Assembly (NCBI RefSeq): GCF_021028975.2
Contig: NC_059436.1
Location: 36,518,001 to 36,582,000 of the forward strand
Source of the DNA: Sphaerodactylus townsendi
Lineage: Eukaryota
DNA length: 64,000 nucleotides
Direction of reading: 5' to 3'
The notes under the pieces: generated by a model
Database searches by the model: none
The model's input: only the letters and a program-made list of their open reading frames with translations
Told to the model about the DNA's origin: nothing
Position numbers and translations under genes: made by a program
Part shown: piece after piece, positions 46,847 through 62,037 of the stretch
How positions within the stretch are numbered: the stretch's first letter is position 1
How the letters are laid out: each line of letters starts with the position of its first letter

Positions 46847-49800
46847 TACCAAGTAATGTGCATTTTCTTGCTGTTCAGGCTGTTTTGCATTTCTGCTGAA
46901 GTCGGCCCTGCTCCAGGCTGCTGTTGGAGAGCATTTGTTGCATTCTGCTCATTGGAGAATGGAGCACTCTGTTGGCACAATGCTGAGTGATTGCAGGTGG
47001 CACTATGTGCAGCATGTGTGGGAAGGGAAGAATTTATTTAGTAGATTTTTCTACCCCACCCTTCCCTCCAATGAACCTGGGGGGCCTACATGCTTTCTTT
47101 CGACTCTTTCATTTTATCCTTGCAACAGCCCTGTGAGTAAGACTAGGCTGATGGATGTTGACTGGGGATTTGAGCCTGGGTTCCCCTGGCTCAATGCCCT
47201 ACTGTAGAACAACGGTTCTGGGGGTTGACACTCTTTGCCAGAAACCATATTACCTGCTTTTAGGACAAATGTTCCATCTCTGGTTCAAACCTTTCAGGCT
47301 AATGAAATTGTTTATCTTTTGGCAGCTTTCCTGTTGAAGCCATGAGGGCTAGCTCTGTACAGGTGTAACATTACTTGATCTCTTAACCATGGTTACTAGG
47401 TCAGGTAGTATTCTGTTTGTATTCAGAGATGGATCTAGTTCTATACCTTCCAGAAGCTTTTTTCAGCGAACTGCCTTCTGAAGAAGAGAAAATTTCCCTG
47501 CTTCTGTGATGCTGTCCAGGAACTTTGCTGCTCTAGGCATGCATTTTCTGACTGCTCGAGGTAACGGGGCTGGGCTTGGCTCTGCCACTAGCTGAGCTGG
47601 CAGCTTGCCACAGTGTGCAAAAAATGGAGTTGGCTGCCTTTCTCCTCTGTAATATGAGGACAAGCTAGCATAGAGCGCCTTAGTTTCTAGAGCAGAGATC
47701 TCATGTAATGGGAGATGCTGAATTGTTATAGCCCTGGTATAACAATACCAGGTGTCCTTGGAATGACAGCTGATGCGACATACGAAACTGCCACAGCTCC
47801 AGCCCATCCAGCCAAGCATTGTCTGCTCTAGATTATTGAAGTTGTCCAAGATCTTGGACAGAGACGTCATTTTTTAACCCTGACTTTTGAATGGGAGTTG
47901 CCAGGGACAGCACCTGGGTCCTCCTGCATTGCAAAGCATGTGTTCTGTCACTGGGCTGTACTCCTCACTGCTTCCAGATAGGTTGCTGGCAAACGTAGTA
48001 ATAATAAACAGTAGCTCTTCAGTCCCTCTGTTGTGTTTTTCAAAGCACCATGTGCCTAATTTGTTATTTTAATGCCTAGGAAATATTTGAGAGCAGAATA
48101 TAAATATGGTAAAATAAAAATAATCTGTCTTAGTGTAGTGCTTCATTTGCAATATTTATTGATTTACTTCATTTATACTCTCCATTTCTCCCCAGTGGGG
48201 ACATGAAATGGTTTACACCATCCTACCCCCTTGCACTTTACCTTCGTAAAAACTTTGTGAAGTTGATTAGGCTTGGAACAGTATGTTTCAAGGTTATCTA
48301 GCAAGCTTCCATGCCAGAGGGGATTTGGACCTCAGTCTCCCAGATCTTAGCTCAGCACTCTAGATGCTGCTCATTCCTTGCCCTCTTAGCCACAGACCTG
48401 TAAGATGAGCAGTATTATGTCTTACATAGGTGATGGGAGTTATGATTCAAAAGAGGCTTGACCTGTAGAATTCCTCTTCTTGTGGAATTGTGTGCTGTCT
48501 CCCCACTCCTAGTTCCATCTGCATCAGTAAAGTTCTCTACTGCCCTCAAATTCTCTGTGTACGTCTTGGAAACATGAGTGTCTAAATCTTGCCATGGAAT
48601 TCCACTTCAAGGGAAATTTGATAGCATGTGATGATTCTTGATATGGGAGGAAAACCTGTAACCATCTTTAAGAGTGGATAATTAAACATTTCTTCCTGGA
48701 TACCATTTTTTAATGCCTCTGCATCATGACCCTGATATTCCCTGGAGGCTGCGCATCCAAATATTAGCCAGGGTTCAGGGGCAGAGAGTATGTGATTGGT
48801 CCAGGGTTCCCAGCAAGCTTCTGTGGTATGAGTGGAGATTTGAACCTGGGTTTTCCAGGTCCTGGTCCAATTCCTTAACCACTACACCACACTGGTTCTC
48901 CAGGGGCGCAAGTTTAGCATTAGGATTTAATCAAGTGCAGCCCTTCAATGGGGAAAAAAGTGCTGATCAATGTGGAGACTCAGATAGCATTGTTGGGAAC
49001 CTTTGACCCTTGAGTATGGGCTGTACAAGAGGTCATGAACTGCAGTGAGTGGTATCTGTGAGGGTCAAAGCCCAGACCAATGTGTGATTAATTGTCAGAG
49101 AAAACAACAGAAGGCTGAACAAGAATAGGGAAGGGGGGGAGATGCCTTTTTCTGTTTAGCTTGGTACAGTTGCTATATTGACGTCTCAGAATGCACAGCA
49201 GGCAGGATAAGGAAATTTTGTTTGTAGTCTCTTGTTTCTGCCTGCCCAGAATACATGGACTTAGTTAGTCGCCTAGCTAGCCTGCCACACAAGTTGCTGA
49301 CAACTTTAAACTGTGGCAGTGTGGTGGGGCATGTCTACAATGATGTGTGCACGTTGGTGGCCTTCTTGAATCGAACTGAGCTGTCATTTATATGTTCTGA
49401 GAGAACAAACCAGAACAGCCACAGTTTCTGCTTAACAGTATGTGAACTTGTACTTGGTGATAAAATGTTAGTGCTAATTGGGTTGTTCCTGTAAATATTG
49501 GAAGCAGGGATTATTGTAGTTACACTTCTCAGGGCTGCTGCAGGTGTAGAAATTTATGCTCTGCAGCCATATATTACCTGATTAACACTAATTGTATGAA
49601 TGTTGACTGTGGATGTTCAGATAGGCCTCCAAGGAGTTGGATTGTACTTTTAAAGGAAGCTGCCTGTATGAATGGAGGTGGATCTTGAGGCACAGATCTT
49701 CCTCCTCTGCGCTAGTTCCCCCCACTTTAGCTGTGTTGTGAGAGAGAAGTTAATTTTAAAATATATCCTCCTGTACACATACAATTTTCCACGTGGGTGA

Positions 49801-50184
49801 CTGGAGCAAAATAATTATTAGGATGTTGGATCGCAGTAATTATAACAACAGTCTCCCTGAGAATGTCATGGTGGCAGTAACTCTTGGAGAAAAAGAAGAC
49901 ATTAAGTAGGGAAGAGCCATGCTGTGCTGATGCTAGCAGAGGCTGGTTAGTGCTGTCTGCTGGTGACACAAGTTTGCCACAAGATCTTGTAGTGAAAAGA
50001 TAACATGCTGTGCTTGCTTGTGTATCCTTTCTTTTGCACAGAGCAACAATTTCACTGGAAGGGATAGGAAGGTCATTGAGTGTGGCCCTCATATCCAGTC
50101 ATATTGACATTTGCAACCTGGATCTTGGCATACTGCAAATGTAGAGCACATGCATTGCAAAAATCTTCTTTCTTGAAGGCTATT

Positions 50185-50402
50185 ATTTATTTCATTTATA
50201 TACCATCTTTCTCCCCAATGGGGACCCAAAACTGCTAGCATCATTCTGCTCTCTGTTTTATCCTCATAACAATCCTGTGAGGTAGCTTCAGCTGAGTATT
50301 TGTGACTGGCCCAAAGTCACTCAGTGAGCTTCTGTGGCACAAGTGAGGATTTGAAGCTGGGTCTTTCAGAAACTATTCAGCCATTCTTTACCACTATGCC
50401 AT
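50185..50402 (-). mobile_element. Older tRNA SINE of the same superfamily
   Basis: CCTCATAACAATCCTGTGAGGTAG..GTGACTGGCCCAAAGTCAC..ACCACTATGCCA. Similar old copies at ~17990, 23575, 43860, 48155, 48780 and 55515. Confidence 0.7.
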
Positions 50403-52996
50403 AGGAGAGTGTCCAGATGGCTCAAGTGAGCAAGCCAAATTAAGTTGAAAAGAGTACAATAAATCTCCAGGATCACTGGCCATTTAAATTTCTTCCACAT
50501 CCCAAGCTTGACAACTTGGTCATAGGCTGGCAGGCCCAGGGTTGATGGTTGCAGAGGTATCCAACTGGCTGGTCTCTCCCCTCCCCCCTTCCCTTTTGTT
50601 GTTTCTTTTCCTTTGTGTTTAGTTTATTGGTCCTGTTTATTTCATAGTTAATTTATTCCCCCTCTGATTGATTTATTATTAGTAATTAAGTCCCTGGGGC
50701 TAGTATTGCTGCCACTTGCTTGGGTCACGTGGGGGTGCATTTGGCCCCTGTCCACATGTCCTTTGTCTGGCTTTAAGATGTCAGTGGCCTTTCTTGTGTC
50801 TTCATCTTGAAATGTCCTGAGAGATGTTGCTGGTGCTGAGAAAATAAAAAGCACAGAAACAGAAAACCTTTCTTGCTTAGACAGGGCATCAAAGAATCAT
50901 GTTCTCTTCCCCAAACCAGTCTTCCACCAGGAAGTAAGAGGTCAGTTTGGTCTTGGCATGGTTTCTTCTCAGTTGTCTAAACTCTGTGGTCTTGAGAACT
51001 CTGTCAGGAACTCTTGAACCAATTAACCACAACTGTTTTGTTCTTTAGTGATGTATGTTCAGAACCAAATCCTCTTGCTAAAAGCTGGAGTGGTTCATAA
51101 CTTTAAAAATTATTTAAAAGCAGATTGCGTGAGACACACAAGGAACAGAAGGAATGGAGTCTGTAACTGTATCTTCCTGGCCAACTGACTCTCTCAGACA
51201 TGTCAGGAGTGAAAATCTGGCAACTGCAGTAAATGCAGGCACCTTTCCGTTGGTCACTTTGTAACTGATGTGTGCATTGAGGTTCATACATCTCCCCTGA
51301 AAAAGCAACATCTTTCCAAATGAAACTGACAAGGGTTAAGAGATAGTTTAGTCCATGTCTTTGCTGCAGGTTAATTCTGGTTGGCACGGTGTCGGTTTTC
51401 ATTCTTAGACTCAAGAGTATGTTTGTATTTGCTCACTTGCTCCTTCCTGGGCCTCCAGTTTTTGCAGCACCGCCTCTTTGTTAACTGCAAAGCCTGCAGT
51501 TGTGGAGGAAATTAAGGAAACACTGGGTATTGGCAGGCAGTGGGAAGAGTAGCTAAGTTGGTATGGATGTCTGTGAAGGCATTCACAAGGTTAAGTTCTG
51601 AAATACTTGCTGCTGTAAGACCTTTTCAGATACTTGCTTATTTCAGTCTTTTAGATACTACCTTTTTAAAGCTGGCATTTCTATCTGTGAAATCTAGAAA
51701 GATGTACTCTGTGAAAAAGGCAACATCTACAGCACTACAAATGTGTTTATTAGACTACCTGCTGATAATTTTCTGTTTAAAAGGTACTGGGGCACACCTA
51801 CATTAAACTTATATCAGCTTTATACCAGGCACTGTCTCCCCCTCCTTGGGAATTGTAGTTTGTTGCATGAAAGGGTCATGACTCAGTGGTAGAAACCTGT
51901 TTTGCATGCAGCATATCTCACATTCAGTCCCTGGCATCTCTAATTAAAAGCATCTTGGGGTGCAGGTATTGGGGAAGACCCCTCTGCCTGAATGTCTGGA
52001 GAGTTGTAGCTTGTCAAGCATAGCCAGTATTGATCTACTTAACCAATAGTCTTTCTCAATTTGAAGTAGTTTCATATGAGGGTGGTAAGAAATCCTTGTT
52101 GAACATTCTAAAGGCCTCATGTACCCTGTACCACACTTGCCCTGTGAACATGCCCTCTGTGATTTAAATAAACAGTACTTCAGATGAGCTTGTTAATTTT
52201 GTGTGCTTTTGCTACTGGAGCCATTCAGTTTCCCCCCTGGAACATTAGGAGCTGTTGTGTAAGGGATTTGAGTTGTCTCTCTGGAAAAAAGTCAAGAAAG
52301 GCGTCGACTACTTGCAAAACACCCTTCATTTGGACTGGTGGTGTTATCTGCTGAGCAACATTTCTGTGTAGCAAGGGTCACTAGAAGGTGTGACCTGCTG
52401 TGGTGTCCTAGTCACTAGAAGCTATACTACCAAATGTTGGTACTGGGCAAGTTTACTCCCCCTCCCCTGAACTGGCTGGCCATTCATTTGCATGAGAGAA
52501 AGACAATGGGTGGACTCAGGGACCATTAGACTAATGACTGAACTGTCCTGCTGCCATAATGACATCATATTACAAATCCAGGTTGAACATGTCTGCATAG
52601 CCTGTTTTTTAAGATCTGTATCTTGGTGCCATGACTCAGGGTAACCCAATACTGGGAGCCACACAGGGCTGACACTGGTTAGTATTTGGATAGGAGAAAC
52701 CACCAAAAAAGTCCAATGTTACTATGCAGATAGGCACTGGCAAATCACCACTAATGTTTCTTGCCTTGCAAATTCTACAAGGTTTCCATAAGTTGGCTGT
52801 GATGTGATTGCACTTTGCACCATCACCATCTTGAGGACAGGAAGGTTTCGTGGTATGATTTTTGTCACAGATATTTGATGGAATGTGTTATAGCTCACAG
52901 AACCTTTTGCTGAAATAGACAAAAAATAATCTTTTAAGGTGCTACAGGAAAAATAAGTGCTTGGAACCCTGAGTAGGTTAGGAAGTGAATTTAGCT

Positions 52997-53129
52997 TATG
53001 GGATCTGCAACCTGCGGCTCTCCAGATATTCATGGACTACAATTCCCATTAGCCTTTGACAGCATGGCCAATTGGCTGATGGGATTTGTAGTCCATGAAC
53101 ATCTGGAGAACTGCAGGTTGCAGACCATG
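52997..53129. mobile_element. Older palindromic hAT MITE
   Basis: Same CTCCAGATGTT..GGACTACAATTCCCA fold-back core; termini eroded. Confidence 0.75.
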
Positions 53130-56100
53130 TCACTAGTCACTAGAGAAATGGTTACCAAAGAAGGAGCTGGCATGCCTTCCTTGGCTCAGAACTGCGCCTT
53201 CTTGAGACAGTTTCATTGTTTAAGAGGCTATGAAGCTTCCTTACATGCTGTTGGATGCTGCACATAGCTTGCCTCATGGCAATCTGCTAGATATGGATAT
53301 TTGTGGAATAATAATAATAAATTGGGGTATCCGCATAGAAAATACAGCCTTTATATTTTGCTGCATCCTTGAATGTGTTCCTCTGTCTTTTGTCTTTGCT
53401 TTTAAATACAGGAGCCATGAAAAAGGAATAGCTTCTTCAGAGAACTGGCTGTTCTGGCATTTTGCAAGTCAAATAGCAACGTGATCATAACTAGTTTGGG
53501 TACAACTATAATCCTGTCTCTTGTCTCCCTTCCTCAAACCTTTTATAATGCCTTCTCAGAAGCTACAGAGTGTGTCAAAGTGAATGACAGGCAGAAGGAA
53601 CAGCATTCTAAGCTGAATAGAATTAATCACTACTTAATTCTTATTACTTACATGCATATAAAGGAAAATCTGGGCTGAGGCTAGGCTGGGACTTATTCTT
53701 GCCATCTTAATTAGGCTTTCTGTTTACATTGTACCACCAATCACTGGCTGCTATTAAATGCTAAAAATAACAAAAGGAGTCTTTTTGTAGCTCTCTTGTT
53801 TTGATTCCTTGCATACACCTCCTTGATATCCAATACAACACAGTTCTTGTTCTCAGGATTGCTGATAGCCATCGGACAAAGATTCCTGATATTTGGGCTT
53901 CCCCTCAGAAGAATGAGGTGCTTGATTTAGAATAGTTATGTTGCTCCTGCCCCCCAGTTTGGTTCCCTGTTCCGGGTGGTGATCCAGACTCTCAGAATTT
54001 TGTACCCCCCTCCCCCCTGGCCTCCGGCTCAGCAGCCTCACTTGTTTAAAGCTTTGTGATTTTTCTTAATTGGCTCATGTGGCTTTCAAGCTTCCTTCAT
54101 CTGGAGAACTCTTTCCACTTTTGTTTGACAGCTGGGGAACCACTGCACATTTTCCATGAAACCCCTTTGTGCTTTAGAGGATTCTTCTGGGTCTTGGCTG
54201 GTGCGTAGTCCGGATCTCTGTTCTTCCTGCATTGCTGACACTGCTGCACAGTTGAGCCTTTTCGATCTGTCAGCTTCCTTTTACTCCTCCTCCAGTGATG
54301 ATAGAGCTTTTAGATGGTGCTTTGGGAGAATAGAGGGGTGGAAATGTCAGCAGCTTAAAAGACAGCAACAGAGGGATTGTGCCCCTGCCCATGCTTTGCA
54401 CCTCTTCTTTAAAGTGCAGAAAGCCTGGCTGTGAAGAGCAGCAGTAGCAGCAAATGTTGCTGAATGGCATGGATCCAGTACTCGAGACTTGTGCTGAGAA
54501 GCTGTGGCTTCTTGCCCACACCTCTATATGATGGAAGTGGCAAGCCAGAGCTCCCTCCCCCCCTCCCGCCCCCAGCCTGCTCTAAATGTCTGCAGTAGAA
54601 GGAAGTTGAAGGAGCAGAAGGTGCTGTATGGCAATGACCCCAGTTAGTATGACTGTATAGATCTCCCAGATTTTCATGGAAGAAAACTTTGATGTAGCTC
54701 CTTAACGTGTGGTGCAGTGTGGCTTGTAGTTTAATTGATATGCATGTGCAAATGGTATTGGCCACCAGTATGTTTCCAGGCCCACTCTGAATGCTGGTTT
54801 TGATCTGTGAAGACCTGAAAGGGCAGAGTCAGGAGGATCCCAGGGAGTATTTTCTCCTACACTAGAAACCTATCCATCCATTCTTTATCATTTGCCTGCA
54901 GGGCCCTGCTCCAGCTGCCATCTTTTGTGGTTGCAAAATTGAACTCTTCCGGGGTGCAGAACCTTTTTAGAAGTTTTTTCAGTACTGTTGCTACATTTGG
55001 CTTAATTGCTTGCCTTTTGATGGAAACCAGGCTTTTAAAAAGGAGGCCTTTGCATATTAATTGCTCTTCCAGTACTTATGGGAGAGGAATCCTTTTGCTT
55101 GCCTTGTTTTGTTGCCTTCGACTTTACCTGCTTATAAGTTAATTTAAGTTATATTTTTGAAGCAATTCACAACATAATTAGTGACTGAAAGGCAGCATGC
55201 AAATTTTAATAATAGTGTGATGGACACCAAAGCCTCTAGCTTATGATCGGTGATCCTTGATGGTCAGGAGAATGTGCAGCAGGGGAAGAAGGCCTTTCCT
55301 GCCAGAGAGTCAGAAAAGTTGGCATGCTGTGTCTGCTGGCAAATACCTTGAGGAATCCTACAGCGACAAACCCTGAGCTTGGGTTGCAAGACAAGATTTG
55401 GTCTGCTGCCTGTGCATGATCAGTGTCAAGTCATAGCTCACCTATGACTCCCCTGAAGGGTTTTCAAAGCAAAAGAGAAGTTCAGAGGTGGTTTGCCATT
55501 ACCTGCTTCTACATGGGCTGAGAGTTCTGAGAGAACTGACTGGCCCAGGGTCACCCAGCAGGCTTCATGTGGAGTGAGGAATCAAACCTGATTCTCCAGA
55601 TTAGAGTCTGCTGCTCTTAACTGCTACACTGCGCTGTAGAATTAAATGCTGACCATTCTCCCAGAATGGTTGTCAGGATAAATACATGCATTTGAAAAGG
55701 GGTCACAACTAGATAGAAGAACACATGCTTTGCATTCAGTCCCTGGAATCTCCAGTTAAAAGGACCACATTGCTGATTTAAGAAATAACTTTAGCTCTGA
55801 GACCATGCAGATCCATAACTATTAATTGTTGACAGTGTTGAGTGAGAAGGACCAGTTGTATAAGGCAGAACATCACTGGGGGAGATGATCAGCAGATTAG
55901 GGGAAGGGGTCTGCCTCAGCTAGCAAGCCCACAACAGGCTCATCAGCCCAGAATGGCACTGGGGGAAGTGGTCAGCACTAGGAGGGAGGTGGCTCCCTCA
56001 GCTCAGATTGGCCCAGGGAGTAGTGGGGGGAGAGGTTGCTTCAGCTGGCTTGCAGACCTGATAAACCCTCTCAAAGAGCCAGATCTGGCCCCTGGGCCCC

Positions 56101-58590
56101 ATATTGACAGTTAGGGCATACATATGGCCTGAAAGCAAGGCAAACAAACTAAACATCTTCCAGCTTACAAATGCTCAGCTACTTTGTTTGCTTGGAGATG
56201 ACTCTCTGCAGGAGAATTAGTTGAATGCCTTTTTGCAAAGCTATGTTAATGAAGATGAATACTGACAGAAGAAATATGGTACCTTAGAAGAGGTACTCAA
56301 TGAGCTGCTCCTTCCCTATGCAGCCTCAGACCCAAAGGACATCTCCAGGGCTGCGGGGCTTCTTGTAACCCTACAGCTATAACACCGAGCCCCACAAATG
56401 CTGCTGATTGGACTACCAATATACTGGGGGCATATCTCCTTCGGGACCTCTCCCTAGCTTACATATCCAGTGCACTTGTACATGTGGAAATATCTGAGCA
56501 GAGACTGTTTCCACCTTTGTCTCCCCCCCACCCCACAAAGTTGCCTCCTGGAAGGAAGTGCCTAGAGATGGCCTGTTGTCACCAAAGCTCACCTCTTTTG
56601 ACTTGTGGGCAAGTCTGTTGTTGGCAAGTACATCTATTGTTAAGTAACCTGGGTTTCAGTATTTGTGGTATTTGAAGGTTCTGTGTTCTGACATTCTAAG
56701 CTGCTTTGAGTAAGTGTAGAAAAGCAGATTAGAAGTACCCAAATAATCTTCAGTGCAAAGCAGTCTGATTTTTTTTTTGAAAACGAATGAACATCACCTG
56801 GGAGACTGCACTCGCTGTGGAAAGAACATTGCTGAGCTTGGTACGTCAATCAAGTGAGCACTTGCATCTTAAGGTTAAAAGCTTTGGTTTCCTTAATTAA
56901 TAGAGAGCTGGTGTAGCACAGCAGCTAAGAAGATAAACTAAAGCAAATCCATCTCTGTTTATTTTATTTATACTCTATTTTCTTGGCAAGGTTGGGTTCA
57001 GGGCGGCTTACAACAGTAAGCTAACAGAATAATCAAACATTGCAAATTTGCTGAGAGATTGGTATGGCTGTTTTCTCAACCTTAGTTGCCCATCTATTTG
57101 CCATTGTTGGGGTTCTGACCTATGTTTCAAGGTTGCTGCGAGAATTCCTACGATAAGCCCTTTGCTGAATACACTACACAACTTATTTTTTGCTTTTTAA
57201 ACTGTTTTTCAGCTGTAAAATCTGATCGTTGAAGAGAGGTTAATCAAGAAATTAAAGAATAATTAAAATTTAAAAGTTATTAAAATGCTCAAACGCTGCT
57301 CATAAACTGGCCATAGAAGCACAGCCAATGGTACAGACATGTCTAGTAACCCTTGTTCAGACAAAGGTCTGCTGAAAAAAATGTCTTCAGCCTTTCCAAA
57401 AATCAACAGGCCAAGTGAGGCTTCTGTAAAAGCAGTGCAAGGAAAGGGTGCAAAGAAAGCCTTATTCCTTGTGGCACTCAGCCTCTGAAGGGCAAGGCAC
57501 TTGAAGCACAGATCTTGCAGAAAAGCCAAGTGCCTAGGATCAGCAGGGGTGGGGGGCAGGCATTCCCTGCAGGGTCAGACCACGTGTTCTCTAGCCCAGT
57601 GTTCTGTGCTCCAGCCTGTACTCCAGCCAATGGCTTTCTGTCTTCTCAAGTGGATGTCCTGCTTCCTGACATCCTTTTAACTGAAGACCAAAGGGGATTG
57701 TGAAGATGGTCTCTTGAACCTAATCAACATGGCAAATGAGGTACAGTGGTGCGCACTGGAGAGAAACAAGCATTCTAGAGTAGACCACATATTTACACTG
57801 ATGAGGCCCAGATCTTAATGGCCCAGACTAGACCAATGTGGTCAAATCTCAGAAGCTAAGCAGGGTCAGCACTGATCAGCTCCTGAGTGGGCAACTACCA
57901 AGGAATTCCAGGGTCATTGTGCAAAGGAAGGCAATAGCCTTGAAAACAGGGCTGCCCAACTGTGACTTGATAGTACTTTATTCTGTCTCTTTCCCTCCCT
58001 CCTCTCTATGTGAACTGACAATGACTGACTAGATTAGGTCTCTTGAATGTATAAAAATGTCAGTATGTGCAGCATGCGAGGATAATTATGAAAGGAACTG
58101 AAAATAAAACAGTGAGTATTGTAATGTTCTTTCCACTAAAATGCCCTCTACCCTAGAATTCACTCCAGTATTTTAACTGGTGGGACTACGGTGTTGGAAC
58201 CCAACTACCAACTTGTAGCTAGCAGAAGGGAATGGGCCAGGGGATCAAGGTCCAGTCACGGAATTCTTTAGTGCTTGCATATGCTAATAGCTCCAACAAA
58301 GTAAGACAGTGCTTTACCATCTCACACATTGCTGGAATGTTACACCCAAGACATAGTAAGACCAAGATGAGTGGCCAACCATGTTGGTTTGGGATCCCTT
58401 TCCCTGGATTATAAGAAACAAGTGGCATTGCCAACTGAAGAATTGGAATGATCCTCCAAAATCCTTGAAGGAATGGGGTTGGCAGCTCTGTTCCTTCACT
58501 TCCTCTGTAGCATGCCTTCATTTGATTCCTGTGTACAGTTCTGGTGATCTCAAAAAGTATCATACAGGACTGGAACTCATGCAGAAAAAG

Positions 58591-58771
58591 TAGGGTTGCC
58601 AGCTCTGAATTGAGAAATACCTAGAGAATTTGGAAGTGGTGTCTGGGGAGGGCAGGGTTTGGTGAGGGGTGAGACCTCATCAGGGTACAGCGTCATAGAG
58701 TCCATCCTCCAAAGCAGCCATTTTGTACTAACTAAAAATCTCCAGGCCTCGCCTGGAGGTTTGCGACCCAA
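58591..58771. mobile_element. TAGGGTTGCCAG-terminated MITE (hAT-like)
   Basis: TAGGGTTGCCAG 5' end and CCTCCAAAGCAGCCATTTT core. Reverse copies ending TGGTAACCCTA at ~32595-32780 and ~22870-23062. Confidence 0.6.
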
Positions 58772-58883
58772 AGGAAAAGACCAAGAAAAATGATCCAGGG
58801 GTTACATATTCTCACTATGGAAACCCTGAGGTGTTTGGGCTTCTTAGGTTAGATTATAGATTGTTAAGGTGATGTATGATAGA

Positions 58884-58945
58884 CCAGTGGTGGCGAACCT
58901 TTGGCGCTCCAGATGTTATGGACTACAATTCCCATCAGCCCCTTC
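58884..58945. mobile_element. Truncated hAT MITE (left arm only)
   Basis: CAGTGGTGGCGAACCTTTGGC...ACTACAATTCCCATCAGCCCC, as in the 10675 element. Confidence 0.75.
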
Positions 58946-61927
58946 CTGGAGGACAGGCTTTTTGAAGACTACCTACTGAATGAAGCCGCTGTGTTGAGGG
59001 TATAAAGTTGTGGGTGGGGGGAGCAGTAGGGGAAAGCTATTTCCTTTATGCCTTGCATGTTGGTTCTCTGAGGATATCTGCCTGGCCATTGTAGGGAATG
59101 CTGGATTAAGTCGTCATTTAGTCTGGTCCTGAGATGCAGGTAATTTTATGCACGTAAATCATATCTAGACATTGCTGTGGGCCCTCCCTATTGCCTTACT
59201 TATATCCGGTCTGTCTCATTCATAAGCATTTTTCTCCATATCTCTCCTGATCACCAGTCTTCAGAAACTTTGTGGCTGATGTTCTGTCCTGGAAGGTTGC
59301 TGGCAGGTAATTAAGGGACAGTGCCTGAAGCAAAGTAATTGAAACTACTGGAGCCTGAAAGAGAATAAGATTTTTTCCCCCTTCATCTTCTAATTTTAGC
59401 CAAAGAAGCTTCACTGGGTCACAATGATCAGTTCCCTGGGTCATGAGAAGTTTATTGCTGTCCAGGGCTTGGCTGATACTCAGGGAAATAATTTGGCATC
59501 TAGTTAAACTGGCATTCTAAAAGTGCCGAGTTCAGTGAATAGCGTACTGAATGCCACCTTCGCCAAGACAAGTGGTTTGTTTAAAAAATAAAAAACCCAA
59601 CCAGAGGCCAAAAGGAAGCAGCACCAAACTTGGCGGGCTGCAGGCATCTCTCTCTAGGAGTGGCTTGTATTCTCTGGCTTTCCCCTCAGCTGTTTGTAGC
59701 CTCATTGTGTAGAAAAGGGGCTTCCAAAACGGTAAAGGGATTTTTACTAGAAAAAAAGATGGCAACTATTCATACGGGAAGTTGAGTTCTTTATGAATGG
59801 TGCAGGGATGAGAATTCTCCCCCACCCAATCACCCAATTGAACCTGAATTGGCTACAGATTCAGAACTGATTAGAGAGGAAAAAGCTATTTCATAAAACA
59901 CAAAAGGAGTGCATAGAATTCACTTGCATCAAATGCAATAATGGCCACTAGTTGAGGCTTTAAACCAAATTACAAGAAGATCCATGCTCACATGTTCACC
60001 ATGTTTCCTCACTGTCAAAGCAGCTGTGGGCAGCCTCAGTTCGGATGTGGAAGACATTATGGGGGAGGGAGGATTTCTTCTTTCCTCTACTTTGTTTTTC
60101 CAGCCTCTAATCCCCTCCCCCAGCTGCTACCTATAGCTTGCCTGTCTGGTTTCTCCAGCAGAGCAAAAACCTGCTGGGTGGGAGAGTTTGTAGTTGGGAA
60201 CATGGTTTGGGAGGAAAAGCTTAATGTTTCTCCCTCCCTCATGTGGATATTGCCACCTGAATTAGGACCTCCCATGGCTGCTGTTTCAAAAGGAGAAAAA
60301 CAACTGGAAATTCATCACTGAATCTTGCATTATTCTGCGTAGTGTAGCCCTTACTTGGCCTTTAAAAAGGCACAGGGTGATACAGATACCTGGAGGGTAT
60401 GTTTTATGATGGCTAATGGAACCTCCACTTATAGCAGTGCAGCATTCTCTCACTACCAGATGCTGGGGTCAGAGTGGAAGGTTGTTGTCAGTAGCATTGA
60501 GCTTGCTGCTTCGACCAGCAGTGCTCATGAAGATGGTCCTCGGCTAGAACCTGCAAGGCAATTCTGAGGGTGTTTTGTTTTGCTGGATAAGTCTCTAGAC
60601 CAGTTTCCTTCCCCCATCCCACTTTTTGGGTTTAGCTCTGGGGCATTCTGGGACCTACTTAAAAACAAAGCAGCTCAAGAAATTAAAATCCTAGCTCTGT
60701 GCCACCTGCTCCATCTGGACTTGCAGTGTTTATGTCTTGAAGAGGTGAAGGGTGAAATGTGCCTCAAATATGTCATTTTTTGTTTGTTGACATGTTGTTC
60801 AGATTAGGTGGGAGTAAGGAGAAACTTTAGTGGGGACAAGAATGGGCATGGCAGATCCTGTGGTTCCAAGAAGTGAATGTGATAGGCAAATCAAGATCTC
60901 CTCTCCAACCTGCTGTGATCTTTGGGAGAAAACAACCTGGAGGAAGAAGTGCTATATCTCGTTGAGCCTACAAAAGATCATATTCCATCACTTCTCCAGG
61001 GAAAGGCCCAGCTTGAAGAGTCCTTACCTTATATAGGAGTTCGACCCATCTCTACTTGATTCTTCTGGAGCAAACTGGAAAGGAAGAAGCAAAACTGGAT
61101 CTTTGATTTTATCTGCCTTTGTGTGTGCACTCCAAGCTTATGAACACTTGGAGGGAAATTTCAAGCTGGAGAGCCACAGTGGAGCTCTGTCGTGTTCTCG
61201 TTCACATCACCTGTTCAGCCTTCATAACCATACAGGTTACAGTATTTTTTTCAGTCGCATTGGTTTTTAAAGTGTGATGTATTTAGACACTTTCCCTTCT
61301 TTCTGGTGCCCCTACTTCTCACCTTGTACATTTAAATGGTAGCCGTCAGCAAGGAGTTCTTTGTCAGAAGCTTGTTGCAGATGACTAAACCTTGTATCAA
61401 TACTTGGATGTTCCCAGTGCTACTTGAGATGCCTGGTGGGTCTGTGAATGGAAGCTTTCCCCTTGCCGTCAGTTGTGCTTCTTTAAAAAAAAAAAATGGC
61501 ACTCCAAACACATTTCTGGCTAAGGAGGATGTAGGTGCGCAGGAAGGGAAAGATAGCATTTTCTTTTCCTAGTCAGCAGGGCTTTCTTTTGATATTGCAT
61601 TCTATTTTTAAGCATCCAGCAATAGATTTCCGGCCCTTCGTGAAGTCAGATGAGGCCCTTATCACGTATGACACCAACTCTGAGAGAGCATGCCTGCCAA
61701 ACCCTTCATGCCGTCTGGTGGACTGAACATGATTAACAGATTCACATGGCTGCCTTTATTCTTTACAACCTAATTGAGAAGGATAATGAAATGCCCATAT
61801 TGGTGCACGTTCTTTCTATCCTATGTAAAAAGTTGATGCGTGCATCCCTTCCCTCAATTTTTTCCTTATTAATATGCAGGTGATGAGGAATTGGTGTGTT
61901 TTAGATGAGGTTGCCGTTCCGCTAAAG

Positions 61928-62037
61928 CAGAGGTATCCAACCCTGGGCCCCCAGATGTTCATGGACTTCAGTTCCCAGCAGGGGATGATGGGAATTTTAG
62001 TCCATGAACATTTGGGCACCAGAGTTGTACACCCCTG
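61928..62037. mobile_element. Diverged hAT MITE
   Basis: CAGAGG...CCCCTG fold-back flanked by CGCTAAAG / CCCTAAAG. Confidence 0.7.
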